From Blastocatellia bacterium (GTDB lineage: Bacteria > Acidobacteriota > Blastocatellia > UBA7656): a stretch of DNA of 64,000 bases. Both the position numbers and the translations under genes were made by a program. Positions 43,064 to 52,939 of this stretch are shown here, one piece after another. Below the pieces are notes generated by a model. It did not search any database, was not told the DNA's origin, and saw nothing but the letters and a program-made list of their open reading frames with translations. The stretch lies in assembly GCA_963765495.1 (NCBI GenBank), contig CAVXWP010000003.1, forward strand, positions 160,001 to 224,000, written 5' to 3'. Each line of letters opens with the position of its first letter. Position 1 is the first letter of the stretch.

Positions 43064-43160
43064 GGAATATAAATACGCGGACGCTTTTTCGCAAACATCT
43101 CAGGCGTTCAGCCCGGGGCAACTATTCAGTTTTCCGCAAAAAACCGAGCAGGGCAGCAGA

Positions 43161-43263
43161 AATAGGCCACGGATGACGCGGATGCGACGGATTTTCGCGG
43201 ATCTGACTCTTTATGAGCTAATCCGCGTAGACCCGCCAAAATCCGCGTTCGTCCCGGCCTATT
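43161..43263. repeat. Palindromic REP-like element, copy 2
   Basis: AATAGGCC...(CGGAT units)...(ATCCG units)...GGCCTATT. Confidence 0.8.
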
Positions 43264-43330
43264 ATCGTTTAGCTTGCGCTCAAAATCACCATCACCATTG
43301 TTTGGGGAGAATGCAGTTTCTGAAATCGCG

Positions 43331-46300
43331 CTAGAACGATTTCCACTGAATATGCAACTCGACCTCTTCGGCCTCGCCGCTCTGCCAGGGAAGCGCGATG
43401 TAGCCGTCCGAGCAGTAACGCCTGAACTCTTTTAACATCATCGAATCAAGCAGGGTTCGTTTGTCGGTCGGCACTACGTTCAAGACCTGTTCGGAACAAA
43501 AGACTACAACCTTCTTCTGCGCTCTTGTGACCGAGACATTGAACCGATTGCTGCTTAAGAGGAACTCCGCCTCGGCCATCGCGTACTCAGCGTCGGCTAC
43601 GCCGTAAGAGACAAATATCACCTCTCGCTCTTTGCCCTGCAACTTGTCAACCGTGTCTACAAGCGGCAAGGGTTTGCCCTGCGAGCCGAACCCGAATTTC
43701 CGTAACGCCTGTCTGATGGCGCTGTTTTGCGCGCGGTGCGGAGAGAGCACCGCAAGCCCCCGCCGCGCAAAATCCTGAGACGTGTAAACGAGGTTGTCAC
43801 CCTTGAGGTCGTCTCGCAGGATACGGCTCAACCGTTCGGTCATCTGCGCTATAAGCTCGGCTTCAATCGGATTGCGCGCCGTAAAGCTGCGGGGAGCCGA
43901 GTACCAGCACAAAACGACCGGGCGCGCAGGAAGCAGAAGCGTATCAATCACATCCGCGCCCGTTTCATCAATCGCCGGATCGGTAACGATGCAATTTTTT
44001 GGGAAGATCGAGTTGAACCGCCCGCGATAAAGCACGTCGCGGGGATAGGCCGTGAGCGGCTCGTTCATTCGAAAGTTGTCTTCAAGCTGGAACAGTCGCC
44101 GCTCTTCGGTTTGCGGCTCATCAATCTGCAACCGCTCGATCTGGCTGCGAACGAAGGCAAAGACCGAAGTCAACATGTGTTCGTGCTCTTCGGGGTAGAC
44201 GCCGTGAATGATCGGGGGAAGCTGCTGATCGTCCCCGGCGAGGATGATATTTGAATCGGCCTTGCTCGCGCTGAAGGCAATCAACGCATCGGGCAGCTTC
44301 ATCTGCGAGGCTTCATCAATCAGCACCACATCGAACCACTGCCGAACGGCCCCGCCCGCCTCTTTCATCGCCTTGTAAATGCTCCAGACGGTCGAGCCTG
44401 AAACAAAGCACAGGCTGTCGCTGTTGATATGTGACTCAAGCGATTTGTCATTGATCAACTCGACTCGCTCAGGCAGTTCAAGGTGTGCCGGATTGCCGCT
44501 GCCCTCCATCTGTTTGAGTTCAATGGCTTGCTCATTCAGCCCGTACTCGTCGGCAAGTTCCGCGACTTTCTTCATCACATTGACTATCGCGTGATGAGTG
44601 AAAGCCGAAACCAGTAATCTGATCTTGCGCCCGGTCAATTGCGCGGCCAGAGCGTAACCTAGGAGGATGTATGCGAGCGTATGGGTCTTGCCCGTTCCGG
44701 GTGGCCCCCAGACGAGCGTGAGCGGGTGGGAAAAGACTCCGTGAAAGGCTCGCCATTGCCCCGCGTTCAACAGCCTGTCGCCGTCCCTGCCCGCGTCCGT
44801 CACGATCAGGCGAAGACGCTCTTCAAGCGCATTCGAATCTGAAACTACAGGCCGCCAGTCTGCCGCGCGTCCATCTTTCAGCAGGTCATGGATGTGACGC
44901 GATGCAGAAGGATCGCCGTGCAAACGGCTGAGCACGTCCATTATTTTCGGCGTGTTATAGTCGGAATAAATCTGATCGAGCGCGCACGGGCGGCTGAGGT
45001 CCACCGCCTGTTGAAACTTCTCAGGGCTATCGGGCAGAAGCCTGATGCGCGGCGGATTGCTTGCGAGATCGAACTCCTCGATTCTGACCCTGTAATATCC
45101 AAGCCACCAGTTGGTAGTCTTATCAAAGAGCTTGCCGTCTATTTTGCCTACGAGCGCATCGGGCTCGTCCTCGTTTGTCACTACCAGATTGTAATCGCCC
45201 ACCTCAAACTTTGCGTCGCGCGAGAATGAATCGAATCGAAACCACAGTGAGGGGTCCGGTTGATCGCTTTGGGGTTCGTATTCGAGGCCGCGAATACAGA
45301 TGAATTTATTTGTGCGATCCTCGACCGGCAGTGTGTGGGTGTGCTTGACAGCCAGTTCATCGAGCGAGTTCTCCATCATCGCGAAGACTCGCAAAGCTTC
45401 AAGCATCTGAAAATCCAGCGGATTGAAATCACCATAAAGCTGAAACGGCTCTTTCCTGAGCCGCAGGCCGTCTCTGTACTCTTGCTTGAGCCTTCTGATA
45501 ACCGAATCGGTTGCCCGCAGTTTTGCAAGCAGGGTCTTTTCGATCTGCTCAAGTATCTCGGTCGCCGTCAGATCGAACTGCCCTTCTACCGAATAGCTAT
45601 TTCCTTCCCATACATCGTGAATGCGCTCGAATGCCACCTGATTGGATGAGTCCCAGGCAAAACCGTATTTATAGCGGAACGTGTAGCCGTTATCTTCGCC
45701 GGTCTTGCTGCGAGGCTGGAAGGCTTCGGACACCGATCTCAGATCGAACTGGTAGGGCGTTGGAAGGGCAACGAGCGCGCCGAGCGTCTGGGTCACTACA
45801 GTGCCGGGTACGGAACGAAATGTAGAGGCGTCGGGAATAAGCGATTCGGTCGGAAAGATGCGGATGAGTCGCGTCAGTTCGGCGAGCAGATCAGGGCGCT
45901 CGTCATTGAAAAGATTGCGCTCGACAAGACCTCGCAGATTCTTCAGATCTATACTGTCATACAGATAGAAATGGAGTTTTTTCAAGTTACGCCTGAACGC
46001 CCGCAACGCATCATCCTCTGCGACCTTTACGGATTTCTGCGCCTGTTTGTGCGCCTCTTTCAACGCTTCGCGCTGGCTGGTCAACTCTTCGTAATTGGGG
46101 TTTGTTCTTCGCAGAGGTTGATGCTCGGCCTTGAAATCATCGAGCGTTTTTTTTGCCGTTTCCGCCTTCTGTCGGGCGGCGATTACCTGCGGGTCGCTTT
46201 CGACTGAAAAACTCTCGATAAGTGCGCGATTATCGCCGTCCACACGCTCAAGAATCTCGTTCAACACATGCAGAAATCGGAAGAGGACGTCGGCTTCCGT

Positions 46301-47548
46301 GCCTTTCTGTTTTGCGATAAAGATATGCTCGGAACCGATTGGGCGATTTTTTGCGGCGTCCCAGCCTTCGAATGTTTTCAGCCCGAGCGCGAAACAGGTG
46401 TTTGTGACCGGGTCGTGTTCAACCGCGAGCGTGATGCGAATGTCCTCCTTTTGCGGCATCAAAAGCGTCATCGAATCGAGCGACCTCGGCAGCCCGTCTT
46501 CAAGCGCATGCGCGCGGGCTACGTAGCGGTCGAGATTGACCGTCAGATCATAGCCCGCCGTCCTGACTCGATTGAGCAGGTCGGCATCATCTACGCGGGC
46601 AAGTTCCCGATGAGTGCGGATACCTGCGTGCCGTAATTGCCTGCGCGATTCCGATGTCATATAGGCGATGCGCGAAAGATCGAAACCGGCGTCGGCTTCC
46701 GCTCGGCAATGGTCGGCGTATTCGCACGTCATGCACCCTGACGAAACGTGGAAATGCGCGTCGGCTGCCGACGTGTTGAGCAGTTTCGGAATCTGCTCGC
46801 TCAGGAATTCCGCCACTGCCAGCCGATATGGAGCCAGTTCAAATACTTCCGGTTCAGGCTCGCGCGAACGGATCACGGCATAATCCAGATCAACCGCGAC
46901 ACCGGCAACCCCCGTATCTCTAGCTCTCGCGTCTCGAAGCGCGAAATCGAGCAGGTATGAGTAGTATGCGACCTGTATGAAGTGTTCGTGGCGCGCAGCG
47001 GCGGCGGCCTTGTAATCCCAGATGCGGAGTTTGTAGGGGTCGCCTTTTGTCGAGGGCGATATAAGTTCCAGCAGGTCGGGCCGCCCCGGACTGAGCATAA
47101 CCAGATCAGGATCGAGCCCAAAGCCCTTTATGAAATTCTCTTGCTGTTCTGCGTTCAGCAGGATTTCAAGTTGCGCGATAAAGAGCGGAAAGGGCTGCTG
47201 TTTGAATGCCACAAGGAACCGGTCAAACGGCAGATCGCGCACCGTGCGCCGGGACTTTTGCTCGTCGAATCCGGCAAACAGTACGCTACCCGCGCCGTGC
47301 AGATCAATAAGACCCTGTATGCTATCCGCCTCGAAATTGTATCCCGCGTTCATCAGCCGCACGACACCGGGGCGGGTGTTCTTCTTGATTCTGCGCGATA
47401 CCCCCCAGCCAATGCCGGGACGCTCGCGCAGATCGCCGGGCACGGTGTTCCATCTGAAGTTGCGGTCGCAGCGATGGCGAAACCATGCGGCAATGTCGGT
47501 CGGTCTGAGTCTGAATCTCTGTAAGCTTGAAGCGGATTCGCCTGTCAT
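43331..47548 (-). CDS. Dna2/TM0106-like nuclease-helicase (PD-(D/E)XK Fe-S nuclease plus SF1 helicase)
   Basis: GRPDLL, DYK, QVAYY, CMTCEYADHC; GPPGTGKT, DEASQ, GDDQQLPP, TVDKLQGKE, RFNVSVTRA; GGAGG before ATG 47548. Confidence 0.85.
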   Translation of the reverse strand: MTGESASSLQRFRLRPTDIAAWFRHRCDRNFRWNTVPGDLRERPGIGWGVSRRIKKNTRPGVVRLMNAGYNFEADSIQGLIDLHGAGSVLFAGFDEQKSRRTVRDLPFDRFLVAFKQQPFPLFIAQLEILLNAEQQENFIKGFGLDPDLVMLSPGRPDLLELISPSTKGDPYKLRIWDYKAAAAARHEHFIQVAYYSYLLDFALRDARARDTGVAGVAVDLDYAVIRSREPEPEVFELAPYRLAVAEFLSEQIPKLLNTSAADAHFHVSSGCMTCEYADHCRAEADAGFDLSRIAYMTSESRRQLRHAGIRTHRELARVDDADLLNRVRTAGYDLTVNLDRYVARAHALEDGLPRSLDSMTLLMPQKEDIRITLAVEHDPVTNTCFALGLKTFEGWDAAKNRPIGSEHIFIAKQKGTEADVLFRFLHVLNEILERVDGDNRALIESFSVESDPQVIAARQKAETAKKTLDDFKAEHQPLRRTNPNYEELTSQREALKEAHKQAQKSVKVAEDDALRAFRRNLKKLHFYLYDSIDLKNLRGLVERNLFNDERPDLLAELTRLIRIFPTESLIPDASTFRSVPGTVVTQTLGALVALPTPYQFDLRSVSEAFQPRSKTGEDNGYTFRYKYGFAWDSSNQVAFERIHDVWEGNSYSVEGQFDLTATEILEQIEKTLLAKLRATDSVIRRLKQEYRDGLRLRKEPFQLYGDFNPLDFQMLEALRVFAMMENSLDELAVKHTHTLPVEDRTNKFICIRGLEYEPQSDQPDPSLWFRFDSFSRDAKFEVGDYNLVVTNEDEPDALVGKIDGKLFDKTTNWWLGYYRVRIEEFDLASNPPRIRLLPDSPEKFQQAVDLSRPCALDQIYSDYNTPKIMDVLSRLHGDPSASRHIHDLLKDGRAADWRPVVSDSNALEERLRLIVTDAGRDGDRLLNAGQWRAFHGVFSHPLTLVWGPPGTGKTHTLAYILLGYALAAQLTGRKIRLLVSAFTHHAIVNVMKKVAELADEYGLNEQAIELKQMEGSGNPAHLELPERVELINDKSLESHINSDSLCFVSGSTVWSIYKAMKEAGGAVRQWFDVVLIDEASQMKLPDALIAFSASKADSNIILAGDDQQLPPIIHGVYPEEHEHMLTSVFAFVRSQIERLQIDEPQTEERRLFQLEDNFRMNEPLTAYPRDVLYRGRFNSIFPKNCIVTDPAIDETGADVIDTLLLPARPVVLCWYSAPRSFTARNPIEAELIAQMTERLSRILRDDLKGDNLVYTSQDFARRGLAVLSPHRAQNSAIRQALRKFGFGSQGKPLPLVDTVDKLQGKEREVIFVSYGVADAEYAMAEAEFLLSSNRFNVSVTRAQKKVVVFCSEQVLNVVPTDKRTLLDSMMLKEFRRYCSDGYIALPWQSGEAEEVELHIQWKSF

Positions 47549-47719
47549 AGCTTGCCTCCCCGAGGTTCGATGGAACAAAAGATATTCTCAGATGCGCTCT
47601 GAGGGCAAGGCCATTTCACTCCAAAGCATTCGGCCCTTTGACAGAGTTAATACCAAATCTCCTCAGATAGAGACGATAAAGATCACATAGCCCCATAATT
47701 TGAGCGGGAGGCTTGCTTT

Positions 47720-47822
47720 AATAGGCCGCGGACGGACGCGGATGCGGCGGATTTTCGCGGATTAGATCAAATAGGATCAGATCCGCGTAGATCCGCCGCA
47801 TCCGCGTCCGTCCCGGCCTATT
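47720..47822. repeat. Palindromic REP-like element, copy 3
   Basis: AATAGGCCGCGGACGGACGCGGATGCGGCGGAT...ATCCGCCGCATCCGCGTCCGTCCCGGCCTATT. Confidence 0.8.
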
Positions 47823-47959
47823 TCAAATATTCTAACCAGCATGTTGAAAATCTTTATGATTTTACGAATTCGAGCGTTAAACCTCATCTTCTAAATAGAT
47901 TTGGTATAACTGGACTTAGAGAGACTCGACTGGATTTGCTTTAATCTCGTGAAATCCAC

Positions 47960-48196
47960 TGTAACAACTGTAACAGGCTGTGACCCGGCGCTGTTACAGT
48001 TGTTTATTGCTTTATAAACATAAGAAACAGGGGGGAACGAAAACCCGCCTGTCCGGCTCGTGTAACATTTGCCTGTTACACTCTGCTTCTTCAAGGAGCC
48101 CGGCCCGCATCTGAGGAATTTCTCTGATCGCTTTTGGTTTGAGTCGTTTATGAGCCTGCCGAAACACCCGGGATCGGTCGGGAACAAATCGTGCAT
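47960..48196 (+). promoter_or_regulatory. Putative eCIS control region: TGTAACA palindromes plus sigma54-like promoter
   Basis: 14-bp inverted repeat 47963-47976/47991-48004; GTGTAACA-N6-TGTTACAC 48060-48081; GG-N10-GC at 48181-48194. Confidence 0.55.
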
Positions 48197-48225
48197 ATTG
48201 AAAGCCCGCCAAAGGAGACATCAAA

Positions 48226-49014
48226 ATGCCAGATGCAACCTCACTGACTCCCGCAGAGGAGTTGAAACAATTACAGGATAAATTGGATAAGGCAAAGGCC
48301 CAGATTGCGGCGCTATCAAAAGAGACGGACCAGTTGAACAGCAAAGTAACCGATCTAGGCAAGACCGTGAAAGAGATCGAAGCCAACGGCAGTTCATGGG
48401 AAGCGGATCGCAAAGGCATTCAGGAGAGCAAAGATAAGGAAATAAAATTCCACGATGACCGACTGGCCACGCTCAAATGCCACTTGAGCGAAGAGGAGAG
48501 CCAGAGTGTCAATGACAAGAAGAAGGCCGTCGAAGATGAGATCAATCAACTCGCAGAAGAGATCCAAAAACTTCAGGGGGAAATAAAAGAGTTACAAGAA
48601 GCCTACGGCCAGGCGCAGGGCGATACCTCCGATAAGAGAAAGAACTACGAGAGACAGAGGGACCTGGCAAAGAATGACAAAGCGATATTGACCGATCTGG
48701 CCGCATTGCGCGCGCTTGTCGAAGGCGACTATGCAAAGGGCAACTACGAGCGCATGTATTTCTATATTCTCGAAATAGGCGATGACCTGAGCGGTCTGGA
48801 TGTTCCTGATTCGAAGGAATACGAGCTACGGTTGAACGAGGCGGCGGCGGCGGTCTCGGTTGCGACGGGTGCCGAGGCAAAGGCAAAGGCCGATCTGGAT
48901 GCTTCGGTCGCAGAACTCGCAAGCAAACAAAAGGCATTTAGCGAGAAGATAGCCGCCAGGCGCAAGGATGTCCTCGATTCGATAGGGCAGACCGTAGCGG
49001 CATCACCGGCCTGA
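48226..49014 (+). CDS. Coiled-coil hypothetical protein, first gene of the eCIS operon
   Basis: Heptad-rich E/K/Q/L sequence, AAGGAG RBS. Confidence 0.75.
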   Translation: MPDATSLTPAEELKQLQDKLDKAKAQIAALSKETDQLNSKVTDLGKTVKEIEANGSSWEADRKGIQESKDKEIKFHDDRLATLKCHLSEEESQSVNDKKKAVEDEINQLAEEIQKLQGEIKELQEAYGQAQGDTSDKRKNYERQRDLAKNDKAILTDLAALRALVEGDYAKGNYERMYFYILEIGDDLSGLDVPDSKEYELRLNEAAAAVSVATGAEAKAKADLDASVAELASKQKAFSEKIAARRKDVLDSIGQTVAASPA

Positions 49015-49056
49015 ATTGACCGAGAAGGCCCCTCAAAAAAGTGGAACTCGAACCTC

Positions 49057-49305
49057 ATGGAAATACGGGAAACAGATCGCTCCGAACTCGGTGAGGGCAG
49101 ATATGCGAATTATTTCGAGATAGGCCATAACGCATTTGAATTCCTGCTTGATCTGGGTCAACTGGGTGTTGAGACCGACACCGCGCGCATATATATGCGG
49201 GTCATCACATCACCTCTGGGCGCGAGAAACCTGTGCCATCTGCTAAACGAAGCACTGGCCGAATACCGAAAGTCGTTTGGGCCGATACGACACGAAGACG
49301 AATGA
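49057..49305 (+). CDS. DUF3467-like small protein
   Basis: GRYANYFEIGHNAFEFLLDLGQ...RVITSP...L..Y...FG.I. Confidence 0.7.
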   Translation: MEIRETDRSELGEGRYANYFEIGHNAFEFLLDLGQLGVETDTARIYMRVITSPLGARNLCHLLNEALAEYRKSFGPIRHEDE

Positions 49306-49317
49306 CGGGAGTGAGAT

Positions 49318-49917
49318 TTGGGGAGCTACAAGATCATCTCGGAGGTGAGCAAGTTACTTCATAAGACGCTGTGGAACGGCTTCAAGGACGATGAAGTACT
49401 GACTCAGTACGTGCCCGGCGAAGGCTCCATCGTGTTGCTCAACCCGGCCGATACCGTAGATAACGAGGATCGTCGGCTTTCGCTGTGGCTTTATCAGGTA
49501 CAGGAAAACGGCTTCATGCGCAATCAGCCTCCATCGCGCATCCCTCAACAGGACGACACGGTGCGGTTCCCGCCGTTGATCTTGAATCTTTATTACCTGC
49601 TCACGCCTTCGACAAAGAACGTGGAAGGCGACCAGATGGTGCTCGGGCGCTCGATGCAAATCTTTCACGACAACTCGATCCTGCTGCTCGAAAGCGTAGA
49701 GCAGCCCGACACGTCCGAAGAGTTGCACCTAGGCATGTGTCAGCGCGATTTGCGCGAGCTTGCCGAGGTGTGGGAAGCCTTGCAGCAACCTTATCACCTT
49801 TCGGTTTGCTATGAAGTGCGAGTGACCAGAATAGATTCGGAGCGCACCGAACAGACCGGACGCATTCAGGAACGCGCGACCGATTTCCAACAGAACCAGG
49901 CCGGGGCTTCGGGGTAG
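49318..49917 (+). CDS. eCIS cap/tail terminator (DUF4255, Afp16/Pvc16-like)
   Basis: LSLWLYQVQEN..MRN, LNLYYLLTP, LGRSMQIFHD, LSVCYEV. Confidence 0.85.
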   Translation: MGSYKIISEVSKLLHKTLWNGFKDDEVLTQYVPGEGSIVLLNPADTVDNEDRRLSLWLYQVQENGFMRNQPPSRIPQQDDTVRFPPLILNLYYLLTPSTKNVEGDQMVLGRSMQIFHDNSILLLESVEQPDTSEELHLGMCQRDLRELAEVWEALQQPYHLSVCYEVRVTRIDSERTEQTGRIQERATDFQQNQAGASG

Positions 49918-49921
49918 AGAG

Positions 49922-50851
49922 ATGGCTTTGATCTTCGAGAGATTCACAAACGCACCCATAGGCGCGATCACGCTCATAGATCAGTTCGCGAAAGTTCGCG
50001 GCACGCGCGGAGCCTTTCCTACGGTGATGGGTGGAATCCAGTTTCTTCTGGTGGCCCAGATTCTCGGAGGCAACACTTTGACCTTTGACCCGCCGCTTCG
50101 CGTGGAGGCCCGGCCCAATCCGAGCGGAGTCTACCTCTTTGCAAACGAGGTTAAGATAGACGGAGGGCCGATTATCTCCTTCCCCCTGGGCCGCTACCGC
50201 CTGCTTATAGAAAGCGATTTCTATCAGTCTCTGGAACAGGACCTGGACTTTCCTCTCGACTTCGCAAATATGCCTGTTTTCGATTTGCTGCCCGGCCCGG
50301 CCTACCCGTTCCCGGACCTGACGCCAAAGCAAAACCGCTTGACGCTCTTGCGTGGCAGCCTGTTTGAAACCGGGGGCGGTAGACCCATAGCCGGGGCGAC
50401 GGTGACGATCACAGCCTCCGCAGATGACTGGTCTTTTAAGAGTTGTTTGACCGGCAAGACCGGCGACTGGGTGCTGGCAACGAGCCTCGACCCGACCGAA
50501 CAGCCCCGCGCGCTCAGGCTCCGCTTTACGTTACCCGACGAGAGTTCGTTCGAAGTTGAAAACGTCGTGGTGCGTCCGGGTGCTGACAACAGCCTGCCGC
50601 AGACGGCGCTGCGCGGGTCTGTGCTTGACGCTCGGGGGACGCCGATTCCGCGCTCGATTATTTCAGTCTCGGCCCAGCCCGGCAATTCAATTACTGCCGC
50701 CAACGGGCAATGGTTTTTCTACCTGAGCATGCTCCAGCCCGACACGCAAGCGCGTGTCACCGCGCGCGTCCCCGACGGCCGCACGCAGGAGCAGGACGTG
50801 CAAATACGAAGCCGCGCGACGGTCGTCGTTCCGACCTTCGAATTGCCATGA
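49922..50851 (+). CDS. eCIS-associated protein with carboxypeptidase-regulatory-like beta domains
   Basis: LLPGPAYPFP, LRGSL...PIAGATVTI, and a second LRGSVLD...PI module. Confidence 0.65.
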   Translation: MALIFERFTNAPIGAITLIDQFAKVRGTRGAFPTVMGGIQFLLVAQILGGNTLTFDPPLRVEARPNPSGVYLFANEVKIDGGPIISFPLGRYRLLIESDFYQSLEQDLDFPLDFANMPVFDLLPGPAYPFPDLTPKQNRLTLLRGSLFETGGGRPIAGATVTITASADDWSFKSCLTGKTGDWVLATSLDPTEQPRALRLRFTLPDESSFEVENVVVRPGADNSLPQTALRGSVLDARGTPIPRSIISVSAQPGNSITAANGQWFFYLSMLQPDTQARVTARVPDGRTQEQDVQIRSRATVVVPTFELP

Positions 50852-50866
50852 ATTAAGGAGATCACA

Positions 50867-52477
50867 ATGCCTGAGTATCTCGCGCCTGGAGTTTACGTAG
50901 AGGAAATCAGCACTGGGGCTCGACCCATCGAAGGTGTCAGCACCAGCACTGCCGGCTTCGTCGGGCAGACCGAGCGCGGCCCAACAGTGCCGCGTCTCGT
51001 GACAAGCTGGGAAGAGTACTATCGCTGGTTCGGCGGCTATATTGACCGCGTGCCCGGCGGCACAAACCAGAAGTATCTGCCGTATGCCGTGCGAGGCTTT
51101 TTTGATAACGGAGGGCAGCGGCTGTTTGTGGCCCGCATCACCCCGCCCGGAGCCACCCCTGCATCGGCCGATCTTGGGAACAACACTACGGCAACCGCCA
51201 TCGGACCCGGTTTATCGGGCAATAATATCTTCGTCCGGGTCAGAAACGCCTCGCTGCAAGCGGATAACTCTCCCACAGCAGACTGGTTTCGCCTGACGCT
51301 GATTTATTATCGTCAGGACCGTCTCCCCGACCCTGCGAATTTCGTTGATCCCACGGCCCTCGAAAATATCGGTAATCCAAACAGAGTCGAGCCCGATGTC
51401 ATAGAGGATTACGACAACCTCTCGATATTGCCGACCGACAGCAATTTCGCGCAGACGGTTGTGAACGCGGGTTCGCGTCTTGTCAGCCTCGCAGTGGGCG
51501 GCAGACCTGCCGATGTGGAGTTCCCCGCCCAGAAACGTCTCGAAAACGGGACCGCCGGAAACGGCGAGCCGGGCAGAGATCAGTACTTTGGCTCGCCCGC
51601 AGACCCGCTCCCGAGACAGACGGGGCTGCTTGGCCTTTCGGCCATCCGTGACATATCGCTTCTGGCAATACCGGATGAGGTCGCGGTGCCCGATGTGAGG
51701 GCAGACATGCTGATACAGTGCGAAACCCTGAAAGACCGCTTTGCGATCTTCAGCGCCAGCGACGCCGAGCAGGATGGGAACATCGCCGGGCTCAGACCGC
51801 CACAGGACAGCACCTACGGCGCGTTCTATCTGCCCTGGGTGCGGGTCTCTGCCTCGCACACGCCCGAAGGCCATCTGCTTGTGCCGCCCACAGGCCACAT
51901 AGCCGGGATTTACGCCCGCGTGGATATCGAACGCGGCGTGCACAAGGCCCCCGCCAACGAGGTCATTCGCGGGATTATCACACGCGATCTGAGCGGCGAA
52001 AACAAACCGCTCAAGTATCTGCTCAACAAACAGCAGCAGGACATACTAAATCCAAAGGGCGTAAACGTGATACGCGACTTCCGGCCCGACGGACGCGGTA
52101 TAAGGGTCTGGGGCGCGCGCACAATGTCATCCGACCCGATGTGGAAATACATCAATGTCCGCCGTCTGTTTATCTTTGTCGAGCAATCCATAGATCGAGG
52201 AACGCAGTGGTCGGTCTTCGAGCCGAACTACGAATCTACATGGGCGGCAATACGACTTTCAATAACGGCATTCTTAAGGACCGTCTGGCGCAACGGAGCG
52301 CTTGCCGGAGTCACACAGGACGAGGCGTTTTTTGTTAAGTGCGACCGCACGACGATGACGCAGGATGACTGGGACAACGGGCGGCTGATCTGTCTGATCG
52401 GCATCGCGCCCGTCAAGCCCGCCGAATTCGTGATCTTCCGCATCTCGCAGAAGACCGTCGAGGCGGTGCAGCAATAA
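50867..52477 (+). CDS. Contractile tail sheath protein 1
   Basis: MPEYLAPGVYVEE, GVHKAPANE, VWGART, YINVRR, APVKPAEFV. Confidence 0.95.
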   Translation: MPEYLAPGVYVEEISTGARPIEGVSTSTAGFVGQTERGPTVPRLVTSWEEYYRWFGGYIDRVPGGTNQKYLPYAVRGFFDNGGQRLFVARITPPGATPASADLGNNTTATAIGPGLSGNNIFVRVRNASLQADNSPTADWFRLTLIYYRQDRLPDPANFVDPTALENIGNPNRVEPDVIEDYDNLSILPTDSNFAQTVVNAGSRLVSLAVGGRPADVEFPAQKRLENGTAGNGEPGRDQYFGSPADPLPRQTGLLGLSAIRDISLLAIPDEVAVPDVRADMLIQCETLKDRFAIFSASDAEQDGNIAGLRPPQDSTYGAFYLPWVRVSASHTPEGHLLVPPTGHIAGIYARVDIERGVHKAPANEVIRGIITRDLSGENKPLKYLLNKQQQDILNPKGVNVIRDFRPDGRGIRVWGARTMSSDPMWKYINVRRLFIFVEQSIDRGTQWSVFEPNYESTWAAIRLSITAFLRTVWRNGALAGVTQDEAFFVKCDRTTMTQDDWDNGRLICLIGIAPVKPAEFVIFRISQKTVEAVQQ

Positions 52478-52488
52478 GGAGCTAAGAT

Positions 52489-52923
52489 ATGGCCGGGAGC
52501 GGAGATAGAGACGACCCCTTCACCTCCTTCAATTTTATTGTAGACATTCAAGGCATGCGGGCCGGATTCGCAGAGGTCGGCGGCCTGACTACCGAGACGG
52601 ATATCGTTGAGTACCGCGAGGGCAACGAGGACATTACCGTCCGCAAGATTCCGGGCAAGCGCAAGTATACCCAGATCAGCCTCAAGCGCGGGTTCACAAA
52701 CAGCAAGGACCTGTGGGAGTGGCGAAAGAAGGTGATCGAGGGACAGACGCAGAGGCTGTCGGGCACGATAACGCTTCTCGACGAATCGCGAAAGCCTGCG
52801 CTTGTGTGGCGCTTCTTCGAGGGCTGGCCGTCGAAGTGGGAAGGCCCGGCCCTGAACGCGAAGAATAACGACATAGCCATTGAAACGCTTGAGATCGCCC
52901 ACGAAGGTCTTGAACTCGAATAG
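52489..52923 (+). CDS. Tail tube protein 1 (T4 gp19-like)
   Basis: DPFTSFNF, EYREG, PG..KY..ISLKRG, WPSKW, AIETLEI. Confidence 0.93.
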   Translation: MAGSGDRDDPFTSFNFIVDIQGMRAGFAEVGGLTTETDIVEYREGNEDITVRKIPGKRKYTQISLKRGFTNSKDLWEWRKKVIEGQTQRLSGTITLLDESRKPALVWRFFEGWPSKWEGPALNAKNNDIAIETLEIAHEGLELE

Positions 52924-52939
52924 CCATTGAGTCTGTCTT

